64,000 bases of DNA from the human T2T-CHM13v2.0 reference genome, Homo sapiens. Location: NCBI RefSeq assembly GCF_009914755.1, contig NC_060925.1; one strand, 5' to 3'. Below, piece by piece: positions 31,132 to 46,500 of the stretch. How positions within the stretch are numbered: the stretch's first letter is position 1; every line of letters begins with the position of its first letter. Under the pieces are notes generated by a model. That model was not told where the DNA came from and did not search any database. It saw only the letters and a program-made list of their open reading frames with translations. Both the position numbers and the translations under genes were made by a program.

Positions 31132-32949
31132 CTGGGTGTGGGAGACAAGGCGTGGGGGATCAAAAGGTTTTGTCAGGTGCTTTCTTTGCCTGCCTTTCAA
31201 AGCGGGTGAAACTGATGACAGTGAATACATTTCCTCAGGACTTGCTATGCACCAAGCCTGTGCTAAGTACTTTCACATGTGCCAATTCTTTTCTGCCTTC
31301 CGACCACCGCAGGAGGTAGATACTGCTATGATCCTCACTTTTCAGATGGGGAAACCGAGTCACAGGGCTGTTAACCGCCCAAGGTCACATGGTTGGTAAG
31401 TGGTAGAGCCACCCGTGTGCTTGACCACATGGTAGGCTTTACACCCAGGCAGTCAGCTGCTGAGGTCACACTCTTAACCACTGTCCTATCTTGTCCCATC
31501 AAACTTCTCTTCCTGAAATCGCCCCACGCAACAGCTGAGCCAGCCCCCCACCTTCCTCTGTTTTTGCCCTTGGCACCTTGCCGTTTTCTGTATGTGGGCA
31601 TTTTCGCGTTGTTTTGGGTCAGTTTTGCTATGTCCAGACTGTTTTGTTTTAAGGAATGGTCAAGCAGCTTGCCTGGAACCCAAGGGAAAGTGAGGTCTGA
31701 TTCCAGGGTTCCTTTGTGGGGCTGGCTTTCAAAAGATATAGGAAATGGACCCCATCCTTGGTGGGGAGGTGCGGGGGTGGTGGGACTGTTGCACGGCTTG
31801 CCTTGCTTGCCGTGGTCTGCCTTTTGAGTCTCTGCGGGTGCCTGAGAGATCCTGGGGGTCAGGCTGCCCTGGGCATGGGTGCCATAAGAAGCCCCATCCC
31901 CGTCCCCTATCCTGTTAGCTTTGCCTTTTCCACTTCCCAGGGAGCTTGAGGGTGCTTTGTAAGTAGAACTTCACAAGTTTGGATGCTCACAACCACCCCC
32001 GGCAGCAGAAACTTTTGGACGTTCTGTCTTACAGATGGAGAAACTATGGCAAACTACCCTTAACTAAGGAAATTAACAGGAAGTTTAATTCATTTGCCTA
32101 GTGTCTCGTGGTGGTTAAACCAGGAGTTGAACCTGGGCAGTCGGCTGCCAGGGCTCATTCTCATACATCTCAGCTAGATCCAGCCTCACCTTTCTATAGC
32201 ACCCATTGTATCCTTTCCCAAAGTGGCCTGGGGATAAAAATGAGGGGCTCTTGTGTTTGCGAGAGCAGCCAGGTCCCTCCCTTTTTTTCTGAGCGAAACA
32301 GGGTGGGCCTGAGAGGCTAGGGTCTGGGGATGAAAGGTCTTTGTGATAGAGATTCTTGTGAGCACAGCACGCCCTCAGTGATGGGGGCTTCTCTAGAGGG
32401 ACAGGACCTCTTCTCCTCATCCAGTTTCTCCCCAAAGCAAGAGCAAGGCTGGCTGAGATGCCTGGCCCCAGGGTAGGGCACAACCTGAAACTGGGATTTG
32501 GGGTTCAGCCTGCAGTCAGAGTTGGTATAACCCACAGTTGGGGGAGGGGTCAGAGTGGGGCAGGAAGTACAGAGCGCGCAGTAGGTGGTCAGCAAACCCC
32601 ACCTGGGTGGCTGCTTAGAGCCTCGCGCTAATCAGCAGGACTCTGGGCCTTAGACCTAGGCAGGGAGCAGGGCAGGCCAGGACACAGGCGTGGAGTGTGT
32701 CAGAAAACATTGCCCACAGGGAATCCGTGGGGAGCAGAAGCAGCAAGGAGACTGATCCCAGGAGCATGGCTCAGAGGACCCTGGCAGACACGTGCAGGCT
32801 TTGCTGGGGGGCATCGAGGTCTCCTAGCCTGGACCCACCCCTTTGGCGCTTTGAGCAGGGTGGAGCATAGCATAGGAATGGCCCACTAGTAGGAGACCCA
32901 CCCTGGCCCCTGGGGTTAGCCCCCTGTGGTGGAGGCCTGGAGCCCTCAC

Positions 32950-33128
32950 CTGGGCCATGTACTCCAGCAGGCTGACATGGATGGAGACCAGGCCTGAGAA
33001 GCCCTCGTCGGGGAAACAGAGGCCTTCCACGAAGAACAGCAGCTCCGCGGAGCCACCCGTGTACTTGACCACATGGTAGAGCTTCCGCCGGCCCAGGATG
33101 TGGATATAGCGTTGGCCGAAGAACGGGT
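32950..33128 (-). CDS. PADI2: PADI2 exon 7 (PFFGQRY...LEYMAQ), 179 nt
   Basis: CCAG|AC ... CAG|GTGAGG. Confidence 0.97.
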
Positions 33129-33901
33129 CTGGAGGGAAAAGGACCAACGTCAGACTCCCACCCGCATCAGAAAGAGGTCGGTGGGGTGGGATCACCGATG
33201 GGGACAAAAGGGCAAAGTAACTTGTCCTCTAGACAGAGAGAAAAGCACAAGCAGAAAATGCCACCAGAATGGCCATGGCTAGGTCATTGTCATTGTCTCA
33301 GCACTGCTGTGTGCTGGCTGTGTGGCGCTTTGCCAGACAGTCACCCTCTCTGGCTTTTGGCTTCCCCATCTATAAAATAAGCAAGCTCTCTCGTGAACGG
33401 CTGATAGGAAATTGCCAGCTGAGCAGTTAGTGGTTCCAGGGGAGGATGTAATTGTTTCCATTTCACAGATGAGGAAACCAATCTCAGAAAGGAGGAGTGG
33501 CTTGTCCAAAGTCAGACAGCCAGTAAATAGCTGAGCTGGGACTCAGATTCAAGTCGAATTCTGAATCCCGAGCTCTCATCCCCTCTGTATAAACAAACCA
33601 TAAATGTGCCCATTATACCAAAAATTCCCTCCATATCATGGAAGCCGTGTTGGTGTAAAGGCCAGTGCATGGGCTGTTCATTTTTGTGGCTGGGCGGAAA
33701 GATAGGTTCCTCCAGGGCTCCTGCCCTCCTGAAAGCTCCCAGTTTGACTTGTGCTCTCCCCTCTGCCTGAAACAATTGTGTCCCTTCTTCCTTCAGGCCT
33801 TGGTTTGTGTCACTTGCAACAATCCAGCCCAGTTTCCCCAGAGACAAAGCCAGGGGCTCTGTTTGGAGCTCCCACAGCCACCTGCCATCTCCATCACAGT
33901 C

Positions 33902-34237
<336 letters not shown>

Positions 34238-35058
34238 CTCATAACAGCCTTTTTAAATGTGGGTGACCTGTGCGAGGGTAGAGACAGGCCCAGTGGGGCC
34301 CAGGGCCTGCCCGGCACATGGTCATGTTTAACAAATGTCTACTGAACGAACCAATGACTCCCACAACATTCCCTGTGGGAGAGACCAAGGGGGAATTTTC
34401 AGGCAGATTGAGAGCACATGAATCAGGCAAGGACCTTCGGGGAGACAGAGGTGGTCCAAATGCAGCCTCTGTAACAGCAGTGCTCAGCTGATGATAAGAT
34501 GGAGCAGATGTGGGAAGCGTCATAACGGCGGCTATGGGTGAGATCCAGTCTGGTTACTTGGGGTAGGGTGGGGAGGGCAGAAGAGGCACGGTGGGAAGCA
34601 TTTGAGCAGAGGAAGGCAGCCTTTGAGATGCCCTTGCGGGTTGGCAGAAATGGGTGTGTTGGGGAGAGGAGATACTTGCATTGGTAAAGGCATGGAGGTA
34701 GGACCCTATGCAGTTCCAGAAGGAATTTCTTTATGCCCTGTAGAGCTGGAAGGGCAGAATCAGCCTCAGCTTAGTGCTTTCAACGACAATGATAATGGTT
34801 AATGACCAGATGCTCAAGGGTTAGAACACATAAGCCGAATAGCCTGGCACAAACTAGGTGCTTGATTAAAACGTGAGAAATAAGTGGATGAACCGCGAAG
34901 CCAGGGCTTGGGATGGCTCCTCCTGTGGGACAATGTGCCGAAATAGACCCTGGTTATAAATCTCACTAAGGGTGCTTCCCTTAGTGGTTATGACTTCCAA
35001 TGTCAGAGGGACCTTGGTTTAAATACTTCTCTGGCTTTACAAGCTATAAAACCTCAGG

Positions 35059-35389
<331 letters not shown>

Positions 35390-36367
35390 TTAACCTCCCT
35401 GAGCCTCAGTTTACTCATCTGTTAAGTGGGAGATAATGATACCCACGCCACAGGTTCAATGTAAATGACACAGGCTCAGTAACTTCAGTAACCTCAGTAA
35501 CCATGGGTAACCATCAGTAACACTGCTTGGACCTGTATTACGAGGATGTGAAGGAGTTTTCATTGAATAGTTTCCAAACAGAAGGCAGGGAAACCACGTC
35601 CCACCTCATCCTCCCTTGGGAGGGAGGAGTCCAAGAAATGAGGTGGAAAAATTCAGATACTGAAAGTCCCAAAGAATAGAAAGTGAGGTCCTGCTCACCC
35701 AGAAACAATAGTGTGCACCCTGCAGCCCTGTCAGTCAGTAGATTCAGATAGACTGGCATCATGAAAACATTTTCCTCCAGGCACTCGGGCCCTCCCATGC
35801 CCACAGGCCCCAGGCTGCACTTGAACTGATGCTCAGGGGACAGTCAGGCTTAGAAGCCAACTTGTCCTGGCAGAAGCCACACAGCCAAAGCTTTCCCAGG
35901 GCTCAGAGCACCTGGGGGGCTCCACCAAGGTCTGGGGTAGGAACAGGGATCTGGCCAGGGGTGGTGGGGCAGGTGGAGGACACGTTCTAGTCCGTCTGCC
36001 GGCAGCTTTCTCCCTCCCGATGTGGCCCGTGGCCTGTGATTCACAATGTACCTCTATTCTGGGCTGCTTTCTGACAGTTGGGGCCAGCTCCGGGCGGACT
36101 GATTTCTTGGTGGGAACAATTCAGCCATTGTCCCCAGGAGCCTCCTTACCCCGTCCTCCATCCCTGGCTCGGTGCAAACCCCACACTGAGCGTGGCCAGC
36201 TTTCTCTGCAGGAACCAACAATGCCGCTCTATTGAGTGGTCCTCGTGCCTTGGGCTGGGCCCACTGACCACCGTGACCTCTCTGCCCCAGGCATTGGCTG
36301 GCACGTGGTTTGCCTTAACCTTTCTAGCTACTTTGGAATGATTCCACTTCCCAGCGAGACTCCTTGA

Positions 36368-36470
36368 TAGTGTGACCAGCTGATTTGGTTTCCCTAGGAC
36401 TGAGAGGTTTCCTGGCATGAGGAGCCCTCAGTGCTAAAATAAGGAAAGTCCTGGGCAAACTGGATTACCA
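36368..36470. mobile_element. MER81-like MITE
   Basis: gtgtgaccagctg...ggactgagaggtttcctgg...tcagtgctaaaa...gtcctgggcaaactgg. Confidence 0.6.
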
Positions 36471-37018
36471 TTTCCTTGTATAAAGAGGTAAGGCCCCAGT
36501 GCTTGGTGTTTTGGGCAGAATTTGAGGCTAAGGCCATCACCAGGTCTTCCTAGGAGCACTGAAGCCTTCTGTCCACTCCAATCATTGTAACTAACAGTCA
36601 TCATCATAATCTCAACAAAAGCCATAATTGCCATTTATGGAGAGCTTTCCAAAGGCCAGCTACTGCACTCAGTGCCTGACACACCTTCCTCATTAGATCC
36701 CCACCACGATCCGGGACACCCGGGACAGTCGGAACTCTTACTACTCCCATGCCACGTCAGAGATGAGCACCCCAAGGCTGGGGCTGGTGAGAAGACTTGC
36801 CTGGACCCAGAATTGTAGCTCCCTGACTCCAGCACTCCCTATAGGGGTCCTTCAGTCTCCAACCCAGCCCCCTGGCCTTGGGGAGAGCTGGTCTGACCCT
36901 ACCAGGACACCTGACATTCGCTCATCCACAGGGGTGCCTGGAATTTGACATAACTCCAAAGTGTTTGCCTGGAAGAAAAAGAGACTGTGCTCCTGGTCAA
37001 TTATCTGTCGTCCTTTGC

Positions 37019-37020
<2 letters not shown>

Positions 37021-37068
<48 letters not shown>
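37021..37068. repeat. (GT)24 microsatellite
   Basis: Perfect dinucleotide run. Confidence 0.98.
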
Positions 37069-37069
<1 letters not shown>

Positions 37070-37859
37070 TAAGAGTTTTCACCCAGTGACCCAGTGTCAG
37101 CATTATTGGGAAACTGTCTCTTCTGGGTCCCCACTGTCTCAGTCGTGGCTGCTCCCCACAGGATGGGCAGCCCAAATAAGAGGCTCCAAGGGACGTTCTC
37201 AAAGCCCCTGTGGTAGTAGTTCCTCTTTTTTCTTGTCTGCTCAGGACCCATCTCAGATGGCAAGTGACGGGGAGGGATGAGATTATGGAACCAGACCAGT
37301 CCACTCCCTTTAGCAAAAAGAAGAAACTTCTAGATAATGTCCAGACATCATTATTTGCAACAGGTCTCGTGTCACGACACCAAGGTCAAGAGGCCGAGGT
37401 TGAGGTCCTGCTTGCATCCCTCCTGCTCCCACTGGTGATCCCATCCTCCATGACAACCCTGGCCTGGATGGTGTCAACATCAACATCTCCGGCCCCCTGC
37501 GGCAGCGGAGCCAGCCTGACTCTGGGCACATTCCAACCTGTGTGAGGTCACTGCTTGGAGCCCAGGGTGGATCAGAAGGAAGACTGGTATTGGGTGGCTG
37601 CTGGCCACTGCCATCCTGGCTAAATATCTCCCTGATGTGAGGGTCCAGGGTCCCTACTCACCTCATGGTGAATGCCCTGGATCTAGTAGGCCTGTCTAGA
37701 GGTGGGTTCGGGGCTGGGCCAGAGATCCTGGCCCCCCTAGGCAGCTGGGCATGCAGAAGCCTCCTCCCGCCACCCCACGACCCGCCTTGTACCATGGCAA
37801 ATTGCAATGCCGACTATTTTGCTGAGGGAGTTTTTAAAACACATACATCATTATTATGA

Positions 37860-38340
37860 CAGTCCCTTGCATAAAACCCTCTAATGGCATTCCATTGCAC
37901 TCAGAAGAAAATTCAAACCCAGTCTGCATGCTCTGGCCCCTGGCCGAGCTGACTGACCTTGACTCCCAGCCCTGCTCTGGGCTTCCATCTGCTCTTCCCA
38001 CACTCTAAACTGGTCTCCTCCTCCAGGCTTTGCAGATGCTGTTGCCTCTGCTTAGAACACTCTTCCCTCAGCTCACGAGTGGCTGGTTCCTTCTTATTGT
38101 TCATCTGAGTCTCAGCTCAGATGTCACCTCCTCAGAGAGGCCTTTTCAGAGGCACCCATCTAGTGGTGCCTCTGCCCTGCCATTCTCCTCACTTATTCTA
38201 TTTCATTTCCTCCAATTGTGGTACTGATTATGTCTCTCTTGCTAGACTGGCGGCTCCTTGAGGGCAGGGTGTGATTGTTGTGTTTACTGCAGAGATCTCA
38301 AAGCTGAGAACAGGGCCTGGCACCAAAGGGCTCAACACAT
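37860..38340 (+). mobile_element. L2
   Basis: ctcagctcagatgtcacctcctcagagagg...gggcctggcacc. Confidence 0.75.
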
Positions 38341-38857
38341 ATCCACAGACAGGGTGAGGCAGAGCCGGCAGCTACGAGGACTAGCTCCAGGGCAGGAGCC
38401 CGTGCCCTACACAGTGGGGGCCCAGGACATCTGTTGCCATCGAGAGGAGCAAGGGGTCAACTCTTCAAGGGTGCCCACTGCATCTTTAGGGGGTCTTTGA
38501 AAGTCAGAGATGGCAGAAAATACCTGGAGGTGGTGCCTGCCCTGCCTCAGGTATCCTGAAGGTGACATGACTCCAGAAAAGAAGTGCCCAAATGCCCTTC
38601 CTCCCCTGATTCGTAGGGAGGAAGGGCCTCTGGGTTCTACATAGACCCATGTCACTCCAGACTCCTTTGAGAGGAGGAGCGATGTGTCCCCATGGAGTCT
38701 TTCAACTTCACGGGACAACAGCATTGCCATGTTACAATCACTCAGAGACCAATCCAGGTCTTCCCCAGGCACCTGCACCTGTGAAGGCCACAACTGCTAA
38801 GGGGAGGAGGGTAGGTGGCTAGAAAGGTCTAGGCTGGGCTGGGCTGGGGTCACTCAC

Positions 38858-38983
38858 TCTCCACGTAGAACACGCCCACTTTGTCTGAGTCTGACATGGA
38901 AATGTACAGAACTATCTCGTATCCGGCGGGGAGGCGGTCGGGGCCTTTGGTCCGCAGGATCATCTGGGACATGTCCTTGAGAT
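38858..38983 (-). CDS. PADI2: PADI2 exon 6 (LKDMSQMILRT...VFYVE), 126 nt
   Basis: CTCAG|AT ... GA|GTGAGT; phase 1-1. Confidence 0.97.
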
Positions 38984-39115
38984 CTGAGGGACAGAAGGTG
39001 AGAATGAAGAGATCTATCTGCTGCTGGAGCCTCAGCTTCCCAATGCCTTTTACTTTGATAATCAGGAAAAAATCCCCATGGATGTGTATTATGGAAACTA
39101 TAGAAAAGCATAAAG

Positions 39116-39843
<728 letters not shown>

Positions 39844-40016
39844 CTTGTCTATTTCCTATGGTTTTGCCTTTGGCTTTAAGCAAGAGTGGGAATTTGTGTC
39901 CACCATCCCCAGGAGGCCTGAGTCCACACCTGCCTCACCCTCAGCCCAGCCCAGGACTGGGCATGAATCTTTTCACTCCTCTCATCCTGCCCCCCAAGTG
40001 CAGGGCCTGCTGGCAC

Positions 40017-40134
40017 CTTCCTTGCTGTAGACCTTCTCATCACGGCAGTCCTCCTTGGGCAACCAGGGTGTCTCTCGGTCACAGTTCACCAGCAGGATGG
40101 CCCCCTGGCCCTCGGGGCCCCAGGTCCAGGATGC
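40017..40134 (-). CDS. PADI2: PADI2 exon 5 (ASWTWGPEGQGAILLVNCD...YSKE), 118 nt
   Basis: CTGTAG|GCA ... AAG|GTGCCA. Confidence 0.97.
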
Positions 40135-42358
40135 CTACAGTGGCAGGAAGAAAGGTCAGTGCCCTCTTCTCTATGCTTGTATAGACCCCATGGGACACTG
40201 GAGAGATAGCCCCAGGATGAGGGTAAAGAGTAGCCGCCACCCACTGGGGCAGCTGTGACCTGGCAAATGTGAATCTCAAGACTGATGTCCACAGAGGATG
40301 AATGTGGGCATCAAAGGCAAGTTCAATAGAGGCACAGAGACAGGAAGGCTGAGTGAGGCATTTATGGGCCTCCTGTCTGGTGCAGCTGGTGTCTGGTGTG
40401 GGTGGAGGCAGGGAGGTGGAGGCTGGCCAGAGAAATGAGCAGACAGACATTCTACCATGGGTCCCTAGGTCCCTAGGGGAGCTCAGGAGGAGACGCCTGG
40501 ATGGATGCCACCCAGCTGTTTCCAGACACGCTCCTAGTGCTCCGAATGGGACCTGCATGGTGCTCCACTTTCTACACTGCAGCCATAGCACTACTAGAAC
40601 AAACTCGGGCCAGATTGTGTTGCTTCCCTGCTTTAAGCCAGGTCAGGGGCTCCCAGTTGAGTTGGCATGAAGCCCTGATTCCTTGCTGTGGCTTGGAAGG
40701 CCTGGTGAAACTTGCCTTCCTCTCTGTCTCATCTCCTCCGCCTTGCCCCTCGCTCACTCTGCCCCACCCATCCCGGCGCCTTTCTGCTCCCAAAAGACTC
40801 AAGCTCCCAGGCCTTTGCCTATGCCAGTCCCTCTGCTCCTGTCCTGCCCCTTTCCACCTGGCCCACTCTACCCTTCCTCGGTTACAGCATGACTGTCTCT
40901 TCTTCCTGGAGGCCTTTCTGATTCTCTAGGACAGAGCAGCTTCCCCGGGTCCACACCTGGCCCTGTACACATCCTTTTTGGGAGGACTTAGGACAACTGT
41001 GATGACACAGCTATCCGAAACACTCCATATTTAATGTGGACCATGGGCTCCTTAAGGCCAGGGCTGTGTTTCTCTTGTTCTTTCTGTGTCCCCTGGGCCT
41101 GACCCGCTCCTGGAACATAAAAGATGCTCAGCAAATATTTATGGGATGAGTGAAGAAAATGTGAAAACTTCACCGGCCCAGATTTAAAAATTCTGGCCAA
41201 GTTCAGGCTCATGGGGATCGTGTGACTTTCCCAAGACTGCACAGCCCCTTGGGGGAGGTTGGAAGCTGTCGCCCTGGGGCTGCTGGGTTTCAGAGGCCTC
41301 TGTGGAGTTCATTCTCATATGGCTTGGCCATAGACTCAGAGAATGAGTGTGCAGGGCTGGCCCTGGTCTCAGGCAAGCCTTGCTCACGATCCTAGAAGAA
41401 GGGACTTCCCCACATGGCTGAGAACCCTCTCCTGACCTGCAGAGAGTCAGGGTAGCAGGCTGCTAGGACCCAGGCTTCTCATCAGGCTGTGTTTATTTTA
41501 CTTCGTAAGTACCCCTCTATGTATACTTTACTCTAGGCTTCAGAGTGTTATTATAAAAGTCACATATGCCCATGGCAAAAATTGAGATAATACAGAAGGG
41601 CAGAAAATGGAAAGCAGTTAGAAGCAACAGCCTGAATGTACACAGAGCAAGACTGATGGAGCCTAAAAACTAGGTTGAGGGAAAAGTACAAAACAGAATG
41701 AGGTGGAGAACACCATGCTGTCTGCACAAATTAAAAATACATGCACACCAACCACACCACATGCCTCCTGAGAGTCACCAGAGCAGAAAGAGACACATTA
41801 AACCCAGCAAAATGGTCCTCTGTGGGGGAGCAGAATGGGAGTGGGGAATGCAAGATAAAAGAAAATAAGTAAATGAATGAGGGAACAAATGAATGAATGG
41901 TGAATGAATGAAAGAATAAATAGAAAGAGGAGAGGGGCCGTGCATGCACCAGCAGAGATAATACCGCGCCTGGAACTGAGAATGATGAATGCGACCCTCT
42001 GTCCTGAGGGTCTGTCTCCCCCACCTCCCTAGTCTTAAAAGAACAGGCAAAATAATAAGAGCAAATGCCTTCACAGTGCTTCCTCTGTAGCGGGCACATT
42101 TATCCTTCCCAGCAGTTCCATGAATTGGGCGTCCCCATCATGGGATAGAGAAACTGAGACTCAGGAGCCTGCTCTGTTGCTGTCTCTAGGAGATGCCTGA
42201 GCTCCTCTGTGGGTTCCATCATTGGTATGCTGTGTGTCTGGGAGCCTGTCTTGGGCCTTAGTCTCCTGAGCTGTGAAATGGGAATTGCCTGCGGGATCTG
42301 GGGCTGTGCCCTCGGAAGCCCTGGGTTCAGGGTGGTGCCTGCCCTGAAAGCTAGGTAC

Positions 42359-42420
42359 CTTCTTTGGGTTGTTCTTCTCCACCACACCATCCCGGTCTGC
42401 GTCCACATCCAGGGAGATCT
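42359..42420 (-). CDS. PADI2: PADI2 exon 4 (ISLDVDADRDGVVEKNNPKK), 62 nt
   Basis: CCCCAG|AG ... AAG|GTACCT. Confidence 0.97.
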
Positions 42421-43309
42421 CTGGGGAGAAGAGACATGGGTGAGTTGCTGAGCCTGCCAGGCAGGGCAGGGCAGGGGCAAGAGGAAGACCTGTGGGATTT
42501 GGGTGCGTCTCAGCCATTCATTTGGTCACGGGAAAGAGAGGACCTCGCTGAAGTCATCTTATGCGACCCCCTGCCTCAACATCCCACTACCCACTGGAGA
42601 CCGTCAGCAGACACTGTGTGGACCTCGTAGCTTACGGCTGCAAGAGCTGCCATCGGGGAGGTCTGGGACCTCCTACCACTTCATTGTTCTGGCTGGGGGT
42701 TGGGGAATGATCCTCGCTGCACAGATCTGGATGCCTCAGTTCAGAGGTGAAGTCGCATGCCCAAGATCACATAGGGACGCTAGCAGAACTGGGGTACACA
42801 GTGCGGTTGGTCTGATTCATAGTTCATATTCTGAAAACTTAACAGGGATAGCATTCCCAAACTGCCTTTCTCAGTCTACCCGGGCATGCGCATAGGTGTG
42901 CACATGTGCACCTGGGTGTGCGTGTCTCTTTCTCTCCCAGAACTTCCAGTGGTCTAGATCCCACCTTCAAGGACTGAGGGTTTTACTGTGGGTGGGAAGC
43001 TGTCTCTAACCCCTCTTGGTCTGAGGGCACCTGTGAGTCTAGATGGAGGATCCAGGGCCAGGCCCCCACTTATCCCTTCTCTTGGTGAAGGGACCCTCAG
43101 CATCCCTAGGCCTGCCATGGAGACAGGCTTTGTGGAGACTGTAGGGAAGTGAAAAGGTTTAGTATCAGACAAGGTGGGGTTTAGACCCTGGTTCTCTGCT
43201 TATAAGCTGTGTGACTTTGGGCAGGTTAGAGGACCTCTCTGAGCCCCAGTTTCCTCACCTGTAAAATGGGGCCCTTCCTGGTTACAGCAGATGCATTAGC
43301 TGCAATGGA

Positions 43310-43500
43310 AGGCACTACTGACATTTTTGAGCCAAATAACTCTTCGTGTGGGGGCAGCCTGTGCATTGTAGGATGTTTAACAGCACTCCTGGCTTCTACC
43401 TACCAGATGCCAGTAACATCCCTCCCAGTTGTGACAGCCAAAAATGTCTCCAGATATTGTCAAATGTCCCTTGGGAGGCGAAATTGCCTTGAGTTGGAGA
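43310..43500 (-). mobile_element. MER20 (hAT-Charlie)
   Basis: gtgcattgtaggatgtttaacagc...ccagatgccagtaac...gttgtgacagccaaaaatgtctccaga. Confidence 0.85.
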
Positions 43501-46500
43501 CGGACGAGGTCGAGTAGGGATGTGGTTGGGAAGGTGTTGGGAGTGTCACACACATGACATGTGCCCGTTCCAGGTCCCCAGAGCTGCCCGAGTGGGCTCA
43601 TCTCACGCTGAGCATGACTTGGACCTGGTGGGCGCTGGGTGGTAATGAATGCATTCCTGGTTAGTCCCCGTGGCAGGCACACCCTCTGCCTGGAGGGCAT
43701 GGAAAGGAGGGTCCTGGCACACGAAGTGCACTGATGTCACCCTTCTCTGGGCCAACCAAGCCCAGAGTCCAGAGATCACATTCAGGTCCTCCCTTTGCCT
43801 ATAGCCTGCATACCCTAGACCTGCATGTGACTTTTCCAGTCTAGAAGGAGGCTGCAAGGGCGCCTGGCCCTTGAGAGAGCCAGTCTTGTGTGTCCCAGCC
43901 TCTGCAGCTGTGCGGTGAGTTAGGTGCTGTAAGGCATAATTTGTAACCTCCTCCCTCCGATCGCATTCACTCCACATTTCACTGCTGAGGAGCTACTGCT
44001 CCGGGAGCTGTACCAGGCAACGGGCAATGGAGGCACAGCACCTGCTCTCAAGGCGTCCACAGTCCCATGAGATGAATAGCATTGCTCCCGTTTCACAGGG
44101 CAGCAAACCCAGGTTCAGAGAAGCCACTTGTCAGCAAATCGGGCTGGTAATCTGGGAGGCTGGTGCAGGATAAGGACCCCAGGGGAAAGAAGGGAAGGCG
44201 GTACCACCAGGGGCTGTTAAAGAGCCTGGGGTGCAGGGGCAGGAATAATACTGGTTTTGGCTCCTGGACCTTTGTGAACTTTCCAGCCAGTCACGCCCAC
44301 TGAATGCTGCCTTTCAGGGAGCTGGCTTCCTGAAACTCCTCCCTCGGAAGGAGCTGCAGGTCCAGCCTCTTTAGGGAGCCACTCTGTCCTTTTCAAGGTA
44401 AAAATTTCTCCCCTGCGGGCATCCTGCTCTGCAGCTGCACAGCGTTTTCCAAGGTGTGTTCTCTCGGCCACTCCTGGGGAGGCGTGACCACCCCCACCCC
44501 CTAACGATACAGATGAGGAAACCCAGGCCCGCAGCAGGGAAGTGACCACCGAAGTTCCCAGAACGCAGAGCCAGGCTCTCAGCAGGGCCTCAGACTCCAG
44601 CTGCCTGCTCTCTGCTGTTCCCTGCAATGAACCCAGGCTGACCTCCCTGCAAGCTGTTTCCAAAAGCCCAGCCCAAAGTCAAAGACACAAGACTTGCTCC
44701 CTTGAAGGTCATTCCCAGAGGAAGTGCCCATTTCCCCACCTTGGTAGCCCTGCGGCCTTCGTCTCTAGGCCGTAAGGTGACATTACATTGGGACTCCTTG
44801 TGGTGAGTCCATTAAAGCAGTGGGGCCGTGGGCTAGGAGAGAAATTATGGTGCAGTCTATACTGCTTCATTTCATTATGAATTCTTAAATGGAAACATTT
44901 TATTCATGTAATATTTGGACATAGTACAAACAAAATCAAATAAAATAGTAACACACTGTTTCTAAAGAAAGACAGCAGTTCCTTGTCCAGCCCTTCTTCT
45001 CAGCTGCCTAAGGCAACCTCTCTCATGCTTATTGCAATTTCCTGATTTACTGAATTCAGACAGGTTTCGTTACCTTCCTGTTACGAAATGTGGGCATTTC
45101 ACAGTGTGGCTCCCTTATCGTCCTCCCAGCCTCTCACAGGGCTTCATAACTCCTCTCTGATGACCCATGACCTGTCCCCATAATCCACTGAAATGACCTT
45201 CTGGCCCCTTCACCCTCAGAGACCGCCCACCCTGTAGTCATGCCCATGGGACTTCGCCCCTGCAAGGCTTCCCCCAATGTCTGATTTAACTAGATTCCAG
45301 TGGGATGCTGCGGGTAGGGGCAGAGAACAGGGCTGGTGTGACCTGCCCAGAGCATTGCCTCTTGGGATGGCTCTGCCTTCCCGAGGGGGAGGAGGGAGAG
45401 GAGCTCTGCTTCAGGGCCTCCAGGCTCCAGAGGACATTTCCCAGAGGCTCTGGATCCCACCTCAGTTCCCCAGAATAGCCCCAAGGCGTCAGGTGGCTCC
45501 TGGGTGTGGGGCAGATTGACGGGAAATGTCCCTAGGATTGGGTTCAAGGCAGTCTGCCCTGAGAATGAAGACACTGAGGCCTCAGCTCTGACCGAGAGGC
45601 ACAAGCATTTTGGAGGGTCGCCAGAGAGTGGCAGGGTGCCTGGCCTTCTTGCCTTACTAAGCAGCTTGAGATGTTATGGGAAGGAAGGACACCCTCCCCC
45701 ACAGCCAATCAGGGCAAGTATCCCAGCCTCTGGGGAGAAGGCATAGGATCAAGCCCCTTAGGTTGATGTTAAAATTTTCTGGGGCCCTCATATGTGTACT
45801 CCTTCCACTGCCAGGACCTCAAATAGGGTGGGATTCTTCCTCCCTCCCCACACCTCACCTCTTGCTCTCCCCCATCCCTCCCAAAAAATGGAAGTCTTTG
45901 CAAATCAACCCTAACCAGGGTCTTGAAGGTCCTTAGGGATTAATTAGCTCAAACCCCTTATTTTATAGTTTGTAAAAAGTGAGTCCTAGTGGGGGTGGTT
46001 ACTTGTTAAGGTCACACAGCAAGTCCTTGGCGGGATTGGGACAAAGACCCAGAGCCTGATCTGGCCAAAGGAATCATGAATTTGCTCCCAAATCCCAGAA
46101 GGAAGAAGGAGAGACCATACATTTCTTTAACTTCACCCAGGCAGAGAGAAAATGCGGCCACCTCAAGAGCAAGAGAGAAAAGCAGGCGGAGCATTGACTA
46201 AGCACCCACTCTGTGCCGGGCCCTTCGCACACAACATCCCACTGAATCCTTGTAAACACCATGCAAGGCTGCTCTGTGAAGCGCATTTTATAGATGAGGA
46301 AGCCAAGGCTCAGGGGGATGATGTGACTTGTCACAAGCTGGCTGGAGGGGACAGAGAAAGATCTTAGGCTTACTTCTGTCTACCCAGAAGCCAAGGCTCT
46401 TTCTGCTCAATGTGGACTCAGGATAGGACCAGGGTGAGAGAGATTCAGATACATTTTTGTGCCCAGGGGACAGTCCCAGCCTCTCAAGATATTGGGGTTG

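Noticed and set aside
34964-34986. 9-bp stem, 5-nt loop inverted repeat
   Set aside because: Within chance expectation for 64 kb
38151-38170. CTCF-like motif and 6-bp hairpin (also CTCF-like text near 251-266 and 14587-14602)
   Set aside because: Imperfect matches that cannot be supported without PWM scoring or ChIP data
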